Source: Naegleria gruberi
Taxonomy: Eukaryota
NCBI GenBank assembly: GCA_000004985.1
Contig: GG738853.1
Length of the DNA: 64,000 bases
Reading direction: 5' to 3' (one strand)
Shown piece after piece: positions 19,238-28,646 of this stretch. The notes under the pieces are model-generated. The model saw only the letters and a list, made by a program, of their open reading frames with translations, was not told the DNA's origin and ran no database searches. Numbering within the stretch: the stretch's first letter is position 1; the number at the start of each line of letters is the position of its first letter. A program made the translations under genes and the position numbers.

Positions 19238-19920
19238 ACCTCTCTATTAGTTGTTGGTCTTGTGAATCTTGGTATTACTTGACAAACTTTCAGCCAATAA
19301 TTCATAATCCATGAAAGGAATACTGCTCTGTGTTGTTTGTGTGAGAATTCTTGTTTCTGATTGGTCTAATTGACCATCCGTGTTCTTAATTATTCTTCCA
19401 TATCGATCTCTCAGTACAGGAGTTAGCCAACCTGAGTCCGAAAAAAGGTTCTGGTGAGTAGATGGATTGATAAGGTTTAGAATAGAAATTGTCATATTAT
19501 TCATTCAATGGTGAAATTGTAATATCTGGCATCAAAAGTGGAATTCCAATTTGAATCGGTGGAAAGTGCTTGTTTCAAATTCAAATACGAAACTCCTTTA
19601 GGTACCAATTTCACAAGTGTAAAAAATCAAAATTGGGAACTGTCTTATTGGTAGCAAGGACTTTCCACTAATACAATCAAAACAAATTCCATTAGTTTCG
19701 CATAACGATGGTGATTCGCTCAATGGTCCAAGATGATCTTTTTCATACTTTCCCTCTTCGAAAGTGGACCCATTTCTCCCTTCTGACTGTTTATCGTTTC
19801 AAAATTGAAAACCCTCCTGAAAAACATAAAATTCGTGGCTTTGATAATGAACTATTAGTTCTCGTATAATTAACAATGTTTTGAATGAAGAAGCTTTATT
19901 AAAAATAAACAAGAATTAAT

Positions 19921-22900
19921 TTAAAATTGAGCTCCCCAACCAATATAAGTTCTACCTAAAATCTTAACATCGGTTGCCATGTCGATTAAGCATTCAACTT
20001 GTTCCTTGATGGATGAACAAGTTTCTCCAACCTTGGCTCTCTTGTTGGTTTTTGGATCACCTTCAATGGCTCTGTCCACATATTTCAATCCCTTTTTCAA
20101 GTGTAAATTGGCTTGAGCATCACTCTTGAAAATAACTTTAGGATTAGCCAATTCAAGTTTCATCTTGGCAAGTTCGACTTTTCTTTGAGGATACCACTTC
20201 ATTAAGGACTGATCACCATCTTGAGAAGCCTCAGAAGATGATGAGCTAGAGGCAGAATTTGGTAAATTCTCAGCAGACATTTGATAGAATTGTGGATTCT
20301 TCTTGGCATTCTTCAACCAATCTACTAATGGTTCCTTGATAAATACATCCATAGTATTCAATAAAATATGTCGATTATTATGTAAAGCTCTCATGCAATG
20401 TACCATACTTTCAAATAGTAAACCAGTACCAACATTTTCGTTGGCAAAGTCGTCCAAAGTAGTAGAAATTGGTGAAAAGATAGCCAACATTTGACGAGTC
20501 AATCTGAAAGGCATTAATTCAGGAACAGGTAAAATTTCAGTAGCACTACCAAAAGCATGACCAAAATCGATACCAATCAAGGATCCTTCTGAGAAATCAA
20601 CAAGGAAGTTTTCCAAGTGACGATCTCCAATACCCAAAACATAGGAACTAATCGAGAAGGTAGCAAGGGATTTAGCAAATCTATTTCTAATGGTAAAGTA
20701 TGCTTCGTTGGACATTGCCAATGATCTCAAGCCATTTCTCAACAAGTCTGGATCAATAAGTTTGTACTGTTCATCCATTGTTTGTTCCAACATGTCTTGG
20801 TCTGCATTTGAGTAAGTGACCAAATACTTTTGATAGAGAGTGTATTCAGCACCTTTAGATCCTGATACCTTCTCCAACATTTTAAGATGGATAGATGCAG
20901 ATGGATGTTTCAATACTTCTTGGTCATGAGTTCCAGTTTGCTTATTCAATTGTTCTTCAATAATTGCTTTGAGTGGCATGGTATTGTCAACCCATTCAAT
21001 AATACCAACTTCAGAACTCATTGGAACAACCTTGTACATTCTAATGTTCAAATCTCTTTGTTTACAGTTGGTATCTTTGTCGAGAATATTGTTCATGACA
21101 TGGAACAATTGTTGAATTCTTTGATCTTGACGTAAATCTTCACCACCCTTAACAAGGAAAGCATAGTCCTTCTCATCTGAACCGTGAATCTTCAACCTCT
21201 TTGGCTTTCTCATAGAAGACATGGTTAACAAGTTTGGATCAAAGCTGATAATTCTCACATGCTCATCAATACTTGGAGCTTGCATATTGTTTTGCTTACT
21301 TGACATTCCAACACTGCCCAACATGAGTGCAGCTGCTGCCTTGCCAACGTTATTAATATACTGACCAGGAACTTCAATATAAAAGTTTCCTCCATTCTCA
21401 ACAACATCACTAGAGGATGAGATGGTTTCATTACTACCTCTTGTGGAAGATTGATGGAAGTCAAACATCCACTTGGAGAAGTATTCCAACTTGGTCTTAC
21501 CAGGTATCATAGCACCCTTGGTTTCCTTCATCTTTTTAAATTTGACAGCATAAAGTTGCTCGAATGTCTTGTCTGTCATTTCCATCACTTTGGCACCATC
21601 TCTACCACCAAAATCTTTCTTAATTTGTGGAACCCAGTTCTTGGCAAATCTGGTATTGTAGACACCAACATTTGGTGCATTTGGATCGAACAAGTCATCG
21701 AATGCCTCTTCCCACTTGGATTTGATATCCCTCTTTCTTTCCTTTTCCGATTTGTAATTCTTTGATTTCATAATTTCTTTAATATCATCCATGTAAGCTT
21801 TGAATCTAAGTTCAGGATGGTTAAGTTTCTTCAGTGAGAAGATAAATGTTTCAATGAGAGGATTTCTAACCTTTTGTTTCATTAATTTGATACCTTCAAG
21901 AACTTTACGTGTTATACCTGTATTACCTCTTTCAAAGGAACCAATAATATCTTCAGAGCTGATATTGAGTGGATAGTAGAGAGATTGTGGATAATTCTCG
22001 GCAAGAGACAAGAGGATTGGAATTAAACATTCACCTTCTGGTCCAGTCAAATGGGCCAACATTTGTGAGATCCATGTAATAAACATCCAACTTGGAATTT
22101 GTAAAGAGGTTGATGTTGGAGCAAATTTGGCAAAGATCTTTCTGGTGGATGGGAATTTTTCAATCAATTCCAACAATCTAGGGAATCTATCTCTAGCTTC
22201 CTTATTGTAATACTTCATACTGTTCAACATATTTTCAACAATATGCTCAGCAAGAATATCATTGGATGGTAATTTTGAAGACCCTTCTCTGGTAATAACT
22301 AAATCTTCATCATCAGTATATTTTTGACCAAGACGTTCTTTCAAAATTTCATCACAAAAGATGGCAAACTTGAGATAAATCTTGGCAGATTGATATGGAG
22401 AAATAGTATTGTTTCCGTCTTCAATTTTGATAACGACATTGCTATCGTCATTAGTATTCTTATTAACTATTTCTACAGATTCCTTGTATCTATTGAGGGC
22501 TGTTTGCAAGTAATCTTCAGGATTGCCTCCAAGTTTGGTATTTTCTCTCAAAGTATTAGCAAATGAAGAATTGGCATCAGCATCCAAAAGCTTGTAAGTG
22601 AGTACATAACTTGTTGGTACTGTTTGACTGGCATCATTGACTTCCTTTCCATACTTAGTGGCGTTTTGTTTGATAAACTTGATGAGCTTGTCGAAAACAT
22701 CTTTGGTCTCACTGCTTGAACCTCTGCCAGATGTGAGAGCCTTGATCTTTAACAATTTAACAAGGGATTTGAAAAATTCAAAGTCGAATGAAAGAGCATC
22801 AGATGAATCGGCACTATTAGTTACTTCCAAGAGCTTTTTGCTTGCAGCTTGAGCAACTTTGAGATAGCTTTGAGCAACAGTATTGTTCTTTTGCTTTCTA

Positions 22901-24819
22901 GCTGCTTTGGTGACTGTCAAGAACATGACGGCCTTCTCTCTTGTAACTGTCTTTGACAAGGTATCCAAATCTAATGTGCCACTAGCAATATTTGAAAGAC
23001 CACCAGCAAGTGCTTGATAATCCTCTTGTTCTGAAAGACTGAGAGTAAGACTTGGTGACTCTCCAATCAAACTACTAGTGAGTGGACGAAGCTTTGGCCT
23101 AGAAGAAGGTAATAATACACTCGAAGAGGTATCCTTTTCAGTAAAGTTCTCCAAGTTTTGTGAAATCAAATCATACATAAAGTTTCTGTTGGAAATTACA
23201 TTGTCCCAAGTATTCATATCATCAATGTAGGAACTTGGATATCTTGATCTCCAATCCTTCAACATTCTAATAAGATTCTTTGATTTAGCATCTGATTGGT
23301 TTTGCCATAATTGAATAAATTCTTCCATTTCTACAAGAGGTTGAAGTCTTTGGAGATGAAGATGTCTTCCAGTCTTGGCAAGTGGTGATAAAGTACTCCA
23401 AGACATTAAGAATTCGGCATAACTATCTACAACATAGGACTTGGCCTTTTCATATTGATGTGTGAATAAGGACAAGTTTGCCAATTTGTTGCTATACTTG
23501 GTTTCTAAAATTTCTCTCTTTACATTTGATGACATGGATTCTTCAATAAATGTCTTGAGAGATGACCATTTGTCCTTTTGTTTGAGATTACTATCCAAAT
23601 ACAAGGAAAGTAAATTTTCGTTCAATTCTGATGCCTCCCAAATCTTTTGATTGAGAAGTTGTTCAGATTCAGACTTGGTTCTCTTTTGCACTTCGGAAAG
23701 AACTTCTTGCAAGACCAAGTCCCAAGAATTCATCTTCTTGAGACATTCCAATTTTTGTGTTCTCCAAAATTCAACTTCCTCTTCAATTGGAGGTGTGTCG
23801 TGAGTTTGCCAACCAGAATCCCATTGATCTACACCTTGACTGTATATCTTCAAAGCACTATTATATCTGCCATCGAGTTCATCTGAAAGTGCCTTTTTGG
23901 TATTTTCTTGTTGGGCTACATGGTATTCGAAAATGGAACGAATAACATCTTGTTCATCAATGGCCTTGTACAATTTACCAAGTTCTATCCAAGCATCTAT
24001 GTAAGGTCTCATATCATCTTGTCCAGCAATGTTCTCATCTTCCATGGCTGTAGTCTCAATAAGATTATTTTCAATGAGATGTTCCAACAATAAAATACCC
24101 AATTCAACATTGTGGCTCTGCATACTGACCGAGCGAATAAGTTTAGGAGTGAGAATATTGTTCTTAGGTTGTTGAAGATCTTCAGTATCCAAAATAACAG
24201 AAAGCAATGCAGAAACCAGAAGGGAACTATCTGGTGATTTCTTCAACATTTGTTGCAAGTTTGTGTGAATGCTATGCTTGAGTGGTTCTGATTGTTTTTC
24301 TGAGAGTTTTTCCATGTTAGGATAGAGTGAAGTAAATACTGACACAAACAAGTGTCTAGCCAATGATACATCATAAATACACAATGCTTGCAGAGGTGTA
24401 ATAATTTCCTTCAAAGAAATTTGAATGTCAGGCAATTCTCCTGTTCTGTACTTTCTGTACATGGTAATTCTATTCTTCTTGGCAATCTTTTGACGTGTTT
24501 CCCAAGCTTCTTTTTCCTTCTTGATACGTACAGCTCTTCTTGCTTGATATTGTGTCATGGTTGTTTCTTTCAGTTTCAAGAATCTTCTTCTGAGATATGG
24601 TGTTTGGAAATCGTCAGATGAAGAACCTTCTCCACCACTTGTAGATGAGGTACCTTGTTGTTCATTTCCACTACTAGTACTATTACTATTATTAGAAACT
24701 GTCTTGAAAGGAGTGAATAATAAAGAAGTTTGACTCAAACTTGGTGCAGACAAAATATCTTTCAATGTCTCAGAGTACATTGTTGGTGTGAATTGAGGAG
24801 TCTGAGTAGCTTTTACCAT
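19921..24819 (-). CDS. PRKDC: DNA-PKcs-like PIKK, segment 4 (FAT, PI3K-like kinase domain, FATC)
   Basis: 1632-aa ORF. It contains LKIHGSDEKDYAFLVKGGEDLRQDQRIQQLFHVMNNIL, RMYKVVPMSSEVGIIEWVDNTMPLK (compare DNA-PKcs YAVVPMTSRLGLIEWLENT), the catalytic GIGDRHLENFLVD and activation-loop IDFGHAFG motifs, and a C-terminal ...YIGWGAQF FATC tail. Confidence 0.8.
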   Translation of the reverse strand: MVKATQTPQFTPTMYSETLKDILSAPSLSQTSLLFTPFKTVSNNSNSTSSGNEQQGTSSTSGGEGSSSDDFQTPYLRRRFLKLKETTMTQYQARRAVRIKKEKEAWETRQKIAKKNRITMYRKYRTGELPDIQISLKEIITPLQALCIYDVSLARHLFVSVFTSLYPNMEKLSEKQSEPLKHSIHTNLQQMLKKSPDSSLLVSALLSVILDTEDLQQPKNNILTPKLIRSVSMQSHNVELGILLLEHLIENNLIETTAMEDENIAGQDDMRPYIDAWIELGKLYKAIDEQDVIRSIFEYHVAQQENTKKALSDELDGRYNSALKIYSQGVDQWDSGWQTHDTPPIEEEVEFWRTQKLECLKKMNSWDLVLQEVLSEVQKRTKSESEQLLNQKIWEASELNENLLSLYLDSNLKQKDKWSSLKTFIEESMSSNVKREILETKYSNKLANLSLFTHQYEKAKSYVVDSYAEFLMSWSTLSPLAKTGRHLHLQRLQPLVEMEEFIQLWQNQSDAKSKNLIRMLKDWRSRYPSSYIDDMNTWDNVISNRNFMYDLISQNLENFTEKDTSSSVLLPSSRPKLRPLTSSLIGESPSLTLSLSEQEDYQALAGGLSNIASGTLDLDTLSKTVTREKAVMFLTVTKAARKQKNNTVAQSYLKVAQAASKKLLEVTNSADSSDALSFDFEFFKSLVKLLKIKALTSGRGSSSETKDVFDKLIKFIKQNATKYGKEVNDASQTVPTSYVLTYKLLDADANSSFANTLRENTKLGGNPEDYLQTALNRYKESVEIVNKNTNDDSNVVIKIEDGNNTISPYQSAKIYLKFAIFCDEILKERLGQKYTDDEDLVITREGSSKLPSNDILAEHIVENMLNSMKYYNKEARDRFPRLLELIEKFPSTRKIFAKFAPTSTSLQIPSWMFITWISQMLAHLTGPEGECLIPILLSLAENYPQSLYYPLNISSEDIIGSFERGNTGITRKVLEGIKLMKQKVRNPLIETFIFSLKKLNHPELRFKAYMDDIKEIMKSKNYKSEKERKRDIKSKWEEAFDDLFDPNAPNVGVYNTRFAKNWVPQIKKDFGGRDGAKVMEMTDKTFEQLYAVKFKKMKETKGAMIPGKTKLEYFSKWMFDFHQSSTRGSNETISSSSDVVENGGNFYIEVPGQYINNVGKAAAALMLGSVGMSSKQNNMQAPSIDEHVRIISFDPNLLTMSSMRKPKRLKIHGSDEKDYAFLVKGGEDLRQDQRIQQLFHVMNNILDKDTNCKQRDLNIRMYKVVPMSSEVGIIEWVDNTMPLKAIIEEQLNKQTGTHDQEVLKHPSASIHLKMLEKVSGSKGAEYTLYQKYLVTYSNADQDMLEQTMDEQYKLIDPDLLRNGLRSLAMSNEAYFTIRNRFAKSLATFSISSYVLGIGDRHLENFLVDFSEGSLIGIDFGHAFGSATEILPVPELMPFRLTRQMLAIFSPISTTLDDFANENVGTGLLFESMVHCMRALHNNRHILLNTMDVFIKEPLVDWLKNAKKNPQFYQMSAENLPNSASSSSSSEASQDGDQSLMKWYPQRKVELAKMKLELANPKVIFKSDAQANLHLKKGLKYVDRAIEGDPKTNKRAKVGETCSSIKEQVECLIDMATDVKILGRTYIGWGAQF

Positions 24820-27800
24820 ACCAAAGGCAGGAAGTTGTGGATTAGACCACCAGATTGAGATAAGCTCATAGTATTGTAAGGATCTTCAAGAGCTAAAGAT
24901 TCATATGGAAGTGAAGCATAGCTTTGCAATGAACTTGAACCTTTTCTGCCTCCTTGAGAGCTGAGAACAATCGAGGTGGCTGTGAGAGGTAAACTCTTGT
25001 GTTGCCAACTTGTATCAATCTTGTATTCCTTGAAAACACAATTAGACAAACTTTCAGAGAAAATGGCATTGGCATCAGAAAAGTCTGGAGAACGGTGCAA
25101 TAATTGTAGCAACAAGTAAGAACTGAATTGAAGCCACTTGTCTCCAAGATTATTAGAGTAAAGCAAGGAGAATGTTTGTTCCAAACGTTTCAAACTTTCA
25201 TTGGAAAGTCTAGATTCATGATCCCAAAAGTGGAGCATCTTCTTTCTAATATCCTCTGAAATGTCATTCATAGCCTTGATAAGCTCAGTTCTAATGACTT
25301 CTTCTCCTCTGAACTCTGTAGGTTTGTTATCGAAAAGCCAAATCAAAATATCATAGTACTTTTCACGACATGGTTCGGAGAAGGTACTAAACATTTGAAC
25401 ATCACTAGTATTGATGTATTGAGTCATAATTTCCATAAAGTGCATTATATCAGATTTGTTAATGGTCTTTAACAATTGATAAATGATTTGAAGAGTAAGC
25501 AATTGAGTTGGTTCGTCCTTGTGTTGAAGGTTTTGTCTCAAGAATGGTTTCAAAGAAGTGTACAAATCTGGAACAAATTCTGCTCTCCATGTAATAAGTT
25601 GGAGAGCAATCTTCTTATAAACACCATACAAGTTTGGTAAAATGTCCAATATCTTGGAAGGCAAGAAGTGATCAATGAATGCAGTATCATGGATACCAAT
25701 CTTGTAGAGACAATTCAAGAATCTGTCATATTGCATTTTTTGTAAGAATGAAGAACAAGTTGCAAGCAATAATCTTTCGAATGTGACAACACTTTCGTTG
25801 GTATTGGCAAGTTTTGAAAGACTCTTGAGAATCATACCACAAATTTCAGAAGCAGCCTCATAGACATCCTTGTTTTTGAATGATATATTTTCCAAAATCT
25901 TTTCATAGAACTTTTCCTCTGTGATAATGGTTGAGTCTGTTGTTGCATCAAAAACAGGAATATCATTAGCCAACAAGATACCCAAAAGTTGAAGACCAGT
26001 CGTTCTGGCAAGCTTGGCTGTAGACTTGTTTTCATCGTGACAAATCCAACCAAGAATGATTGACTTGTTAATAGTTAAACTATCCTTCCACTTTTCAACA
26101 ATAAGTTTGACAAGTTCCAAGTTGGATCTGAGTACTACCTTCTTTTGATGAGCACAATTCTTAAACATGAAAGCAAGTAGTCTAGAAACTAGTTCCTTTC
26201 CTTGAGTGGATTTACTTGGTGAAACATCCTTCCACTTTAAGAGTAAAATTATTAAATCTCTAATGAAATAGGTGATACCCTTAGAGGAAAGATCTTCATT
26301 CTTCTTTTGGTCATCCTCTTCCTTCATAATAAATTTAATAATTGGCTCGAAGAAATACTTGGAAAATGGTTCAAATATAGTTGGTCTATTTGTGATAATC
26401 TTGCAGAGGAAGAGCTTGATATTTCTGTGAGTTTCGTCATTATTTAACTTTTTGTGCATTTCAGCCATCCAGGAAGGCATTGCAGAGTTTGCTGCTGCCT
26501 TATCAGAACCAACAGGATATTTGAATATGGAAACCATATGGTCAACAGTTCTCAAAATTGAAGCCATACATGGATTAGTGTTCACTTCATCCATTTCTAG
26601 AGTAGAACTGTTATCAACATTTGGTGTCTTTTCACTTTCCTTAGATTCATCTTCAGATGATTTGGTTACTTCCTCAGAATATTTGGAACCAGGAATGAAA
26701 AAGCTTCCTGCAAATGGCATGCTTGAGGAGAGTGAACTATCCGATAAATATTGTGAAGAGAGATAGCCAATTCTCAATTCACCAGCTTTTCTTTTACCAT
26801 TATCAGAAGTTGGCTGATTAGAGTCAATTCTAAGTTCATCAACAGCTTTTCTATGGAAGGCAAAGTTCGTTTCAATTTCAAACTTATATTCACGATTGGT
26901 ATCGATAATATTTTCCCACAAATCTTCTTCTTTTTCTTTGAAAAGGAAACCAGTGTAGAACTTTTCTTGTGTTTGGGTACATTTTACACCACCAGCCAAT
27001 ACATTAAAGGCACTTGTTCTAAAGTCCAACAATAATTCATAACCCAAAACCTTGTACTCTTGGTCAGATGGTTTCCAGGAACGAGCAGCAAAGCTTGATC
27101 TCATAACCTTTTCTGTGAGTTCCTTGCCAGTTAATTGACCACTACCGGATGATTGCTTTTCACAATACTTGTTGTTAATATATTCCTTTACAGCAGAAGC
27201 AGGCAATAAACGATACATTGCTTCCAATAAATTATAACAACATGTTCTAGTTACAAATAGAGCACGAACAGAATCAGCTTCCAATTCTTCAATATTTGGA
27301 TTAGATATAGTTTCGCTGAGAGCAGTTGGTTTAGCAATAGACTTCATTAATTTCTGAATATTGTCTTCAAAGAATTGTACAAGACCTCTTTCAGGCATAT
27401 GAGTCAAACAAGTGAGACATACCCACTGTATGATTTGTCTTCTAATATCTATTGGCAAACTTTCCTTATAGAATGTTTCTAAACAAATATTGGCAGACTT
27501 TAACCGCTTTTCATCAGTGAATTTTCCAAACAACACCTTTAAGGCATTGGTCATCTTTTCTTGGAGTGGATGGTTCTTCCATCTGAAAAGAGGTAATACC
27601 TGTTCTAAAAAGTCAACACTATCAGAAGATTGAACAGCATAGAGCAAGTCTTCAAGCAAGGAAATGTGATCATCATATTCACTAGTCTCTGGCTCTATTT
27701 CTTCATAATTGAGTGGGAACTCATTAATAACAATAGACTTGACTTGTCTAAGGATCGAATTAAGTTCCTCAGGTAATTTTCCTTGTGTTTCAGGTTGAGC

Positions 27801-28646
27801 AGCTGAATGTTTAAATAAAATAGGTAAAATTCTAATAGCTCTCAACTTTAAGTCAAAGAGACCAAAGGTAGCTTCATCGTTATCATTTCTTGATGTAGCA
27901 TCATCTCTCTTGATTCTCAAACAAGCAAGTAAGAAGTCAATGATAGCATTTTGATAGACACCATGTTGGAGGATGCATGAAGACTCAATGTTGAACAATC
28001 TTTCAATTAGGGACATAGTTTTAAGTTTAAAGTCATCATCAATATTTCCTCCACATTTTTCCAATACTGGTTGTGAGCAATCCAATATTTGAATAACAAA
28101 CATTGTCTTTTTCTCCTTTTTAGATAGGGATAACCTCATAAACTTTAAGCTTACACTCAACAAGACGTCAAATAAAAAGTGATGGTTAAACTCGTTTTCT
28201 TGGTCACGTTTGTTGGAATTAGAAATGCTTGCTATTCTGCCTATAATCAACCTGGCAAATTGGTCCATATGTTCAGAAATATAGTTATCAATTTCTGACT
28301 GGAATGTTTTGTAGAAAAGGGCGCCTTTTGTACTTGGTTTTACTCTGTGAATTGCATTTCTTGATCTGTCTCCTTCATCACCTGCTACTTGATAAGAATT
28401 ATCAATTTGTGATAACTTCTTTGAAAGTACACTCTCACCTGATGAGGTAGGATCAGATGTAGTAACATAGTTCAAAATACTTTCGGCCCAATCCAAAATC
28501 AAAGCATAATTGCAACAACTCCTTTGATATAATGACATTGACTGGTCCCATAAGAGAATCGAAATTTTCAGTGAATAACTTATTTGAAATAACATTAGCA
28601 AATACTTTTCTAGAAGAATAATTTGGAAGGAATGAAGAGTCATCAA
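24813..28646 (-). CDS. PRKDC: DNA-PKcs-like PIKK, segment 3 (FAT region)
   Basis: 1277-aa ORF. It overlaps segment 2 by 194 nt in a different frame. Confidence 0.7.
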   Translation of the reverse strand: MMTLHSFQIILLEKYLLMLFQISYSLKISILLWDQSMSLYQRSCCNYALILDWAESILNYVTTSDPTSSGESVLSKKLSQIDNSYQVAGDEGDRSRNAIHRVKPSTKGALFYKTFQSEIDNYISEHMDQFARLIIGRIASISNSNKRDQENEFNHHFLFDVLLSVSLKFMRLSLSKKEKKTMFVIQILDCSQPVLEKCGGNIDDDFKLKTMSLIERLFNIESSCILQHGVYQNAIIDFLLACLRIKRDDATSRNDNDEATFGLFDLKLRAIRILPILFKHSAAQPETQGKLPEELNSILRQVKSIVINEFPLNYEEIEPETSEYDDHISLLEDLLYAVQSSDSVDFLEQVLPLFRWKNHPLQEKMTNALKVLFGKFTDEKRLKSANICLETFYKESLPIDIRRQIIQWVCLTCLTHMPERGLVQFFEDNIQKLMKSIAKPTALSETISNPNIEELEADSVRALFVTRTCCYNLLEAMYRLLPASAVKEYINNKYCEKQSSGSGQLTGKELTEKVMRSSFAARSWKPSDQEYKVLGYELLLDFRTSAFNVLAGGVKCTQTQEKFYTGFLFKEKEEDLWENIIDTNREYKFEIETNFAFHRKAVDELRIDSNQPTSDNGKRKAGELRIGYLSSQYLSDSSLSSSMPFAGSFFIPGSKYSEEVTKSSEDESKESEKTPNVDNSSTLEMDEVNTNPCMASILRTVDHMVSIFKYPVGSDKAAANSAMPSWMAEMHKKLNNDETHRNIKLFLCKIITNRPTIFEPFSKYFFEPIIKFIMKEEDDQKKNEDLSSKGITYFIRDLIILLLKWKDVSPSKSTQGKELVSRLLAFMFKNCAHQKKVVLRSNLELVKLIVEKWKDSLTINKSIILGWICHDENKSTAKLARTTGLQLLGILLANDIPVFDATTDSTIITEEKFYEKILENISFKNKDVYEAASEICGMILKSLSKLANTNESVVTFERLLLATCSSFLQKMQYDRFLNCLYKIGIHDTAFIDHFLPSKILDILPNLYGVYKKIALQLITWRAEFVPDLYTSLKPFLRQNLQHKDEPTQLLTLQIIYQLLKTINKSDIMHFMEIMTQYINTSDVQMFSTFSEPCREKYYDILIWLFDNKPTEFRGEEVIRTELIKAMNDISEDIRKKMLHFWDHESRLSNESLKRLEQTFSLLYSNNLGDKWLQFSSYLLLQLLHRSPDFSDANAIFSESLSNCVFKEYKIDTSWQHKSLPLTATSIVLSSQGGRKGSSSLQSYASLPYESLALEDPYNTMSLSQSGGLIHNFLPLVW

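Noticed and set aside
19247-19504. 85-aa minus-strand ORF in the convergent spacer between the aminoacylase and DNA-PKcs genes
   Set aside because: No homology recognised. It lies where both genes' 3' UTRs are expected, so it is probably non-coding.
28453-28646. In-frame 51-nt GTGAGA...TTATCAAG segment inside DNA-PKcs segment 3 that could be an intron
   Set aside because: It preserves frame whether spliced or not and contains no stop, so the sequence alone cannot decide. It does not explain the frame offset between segments 2 and 3.
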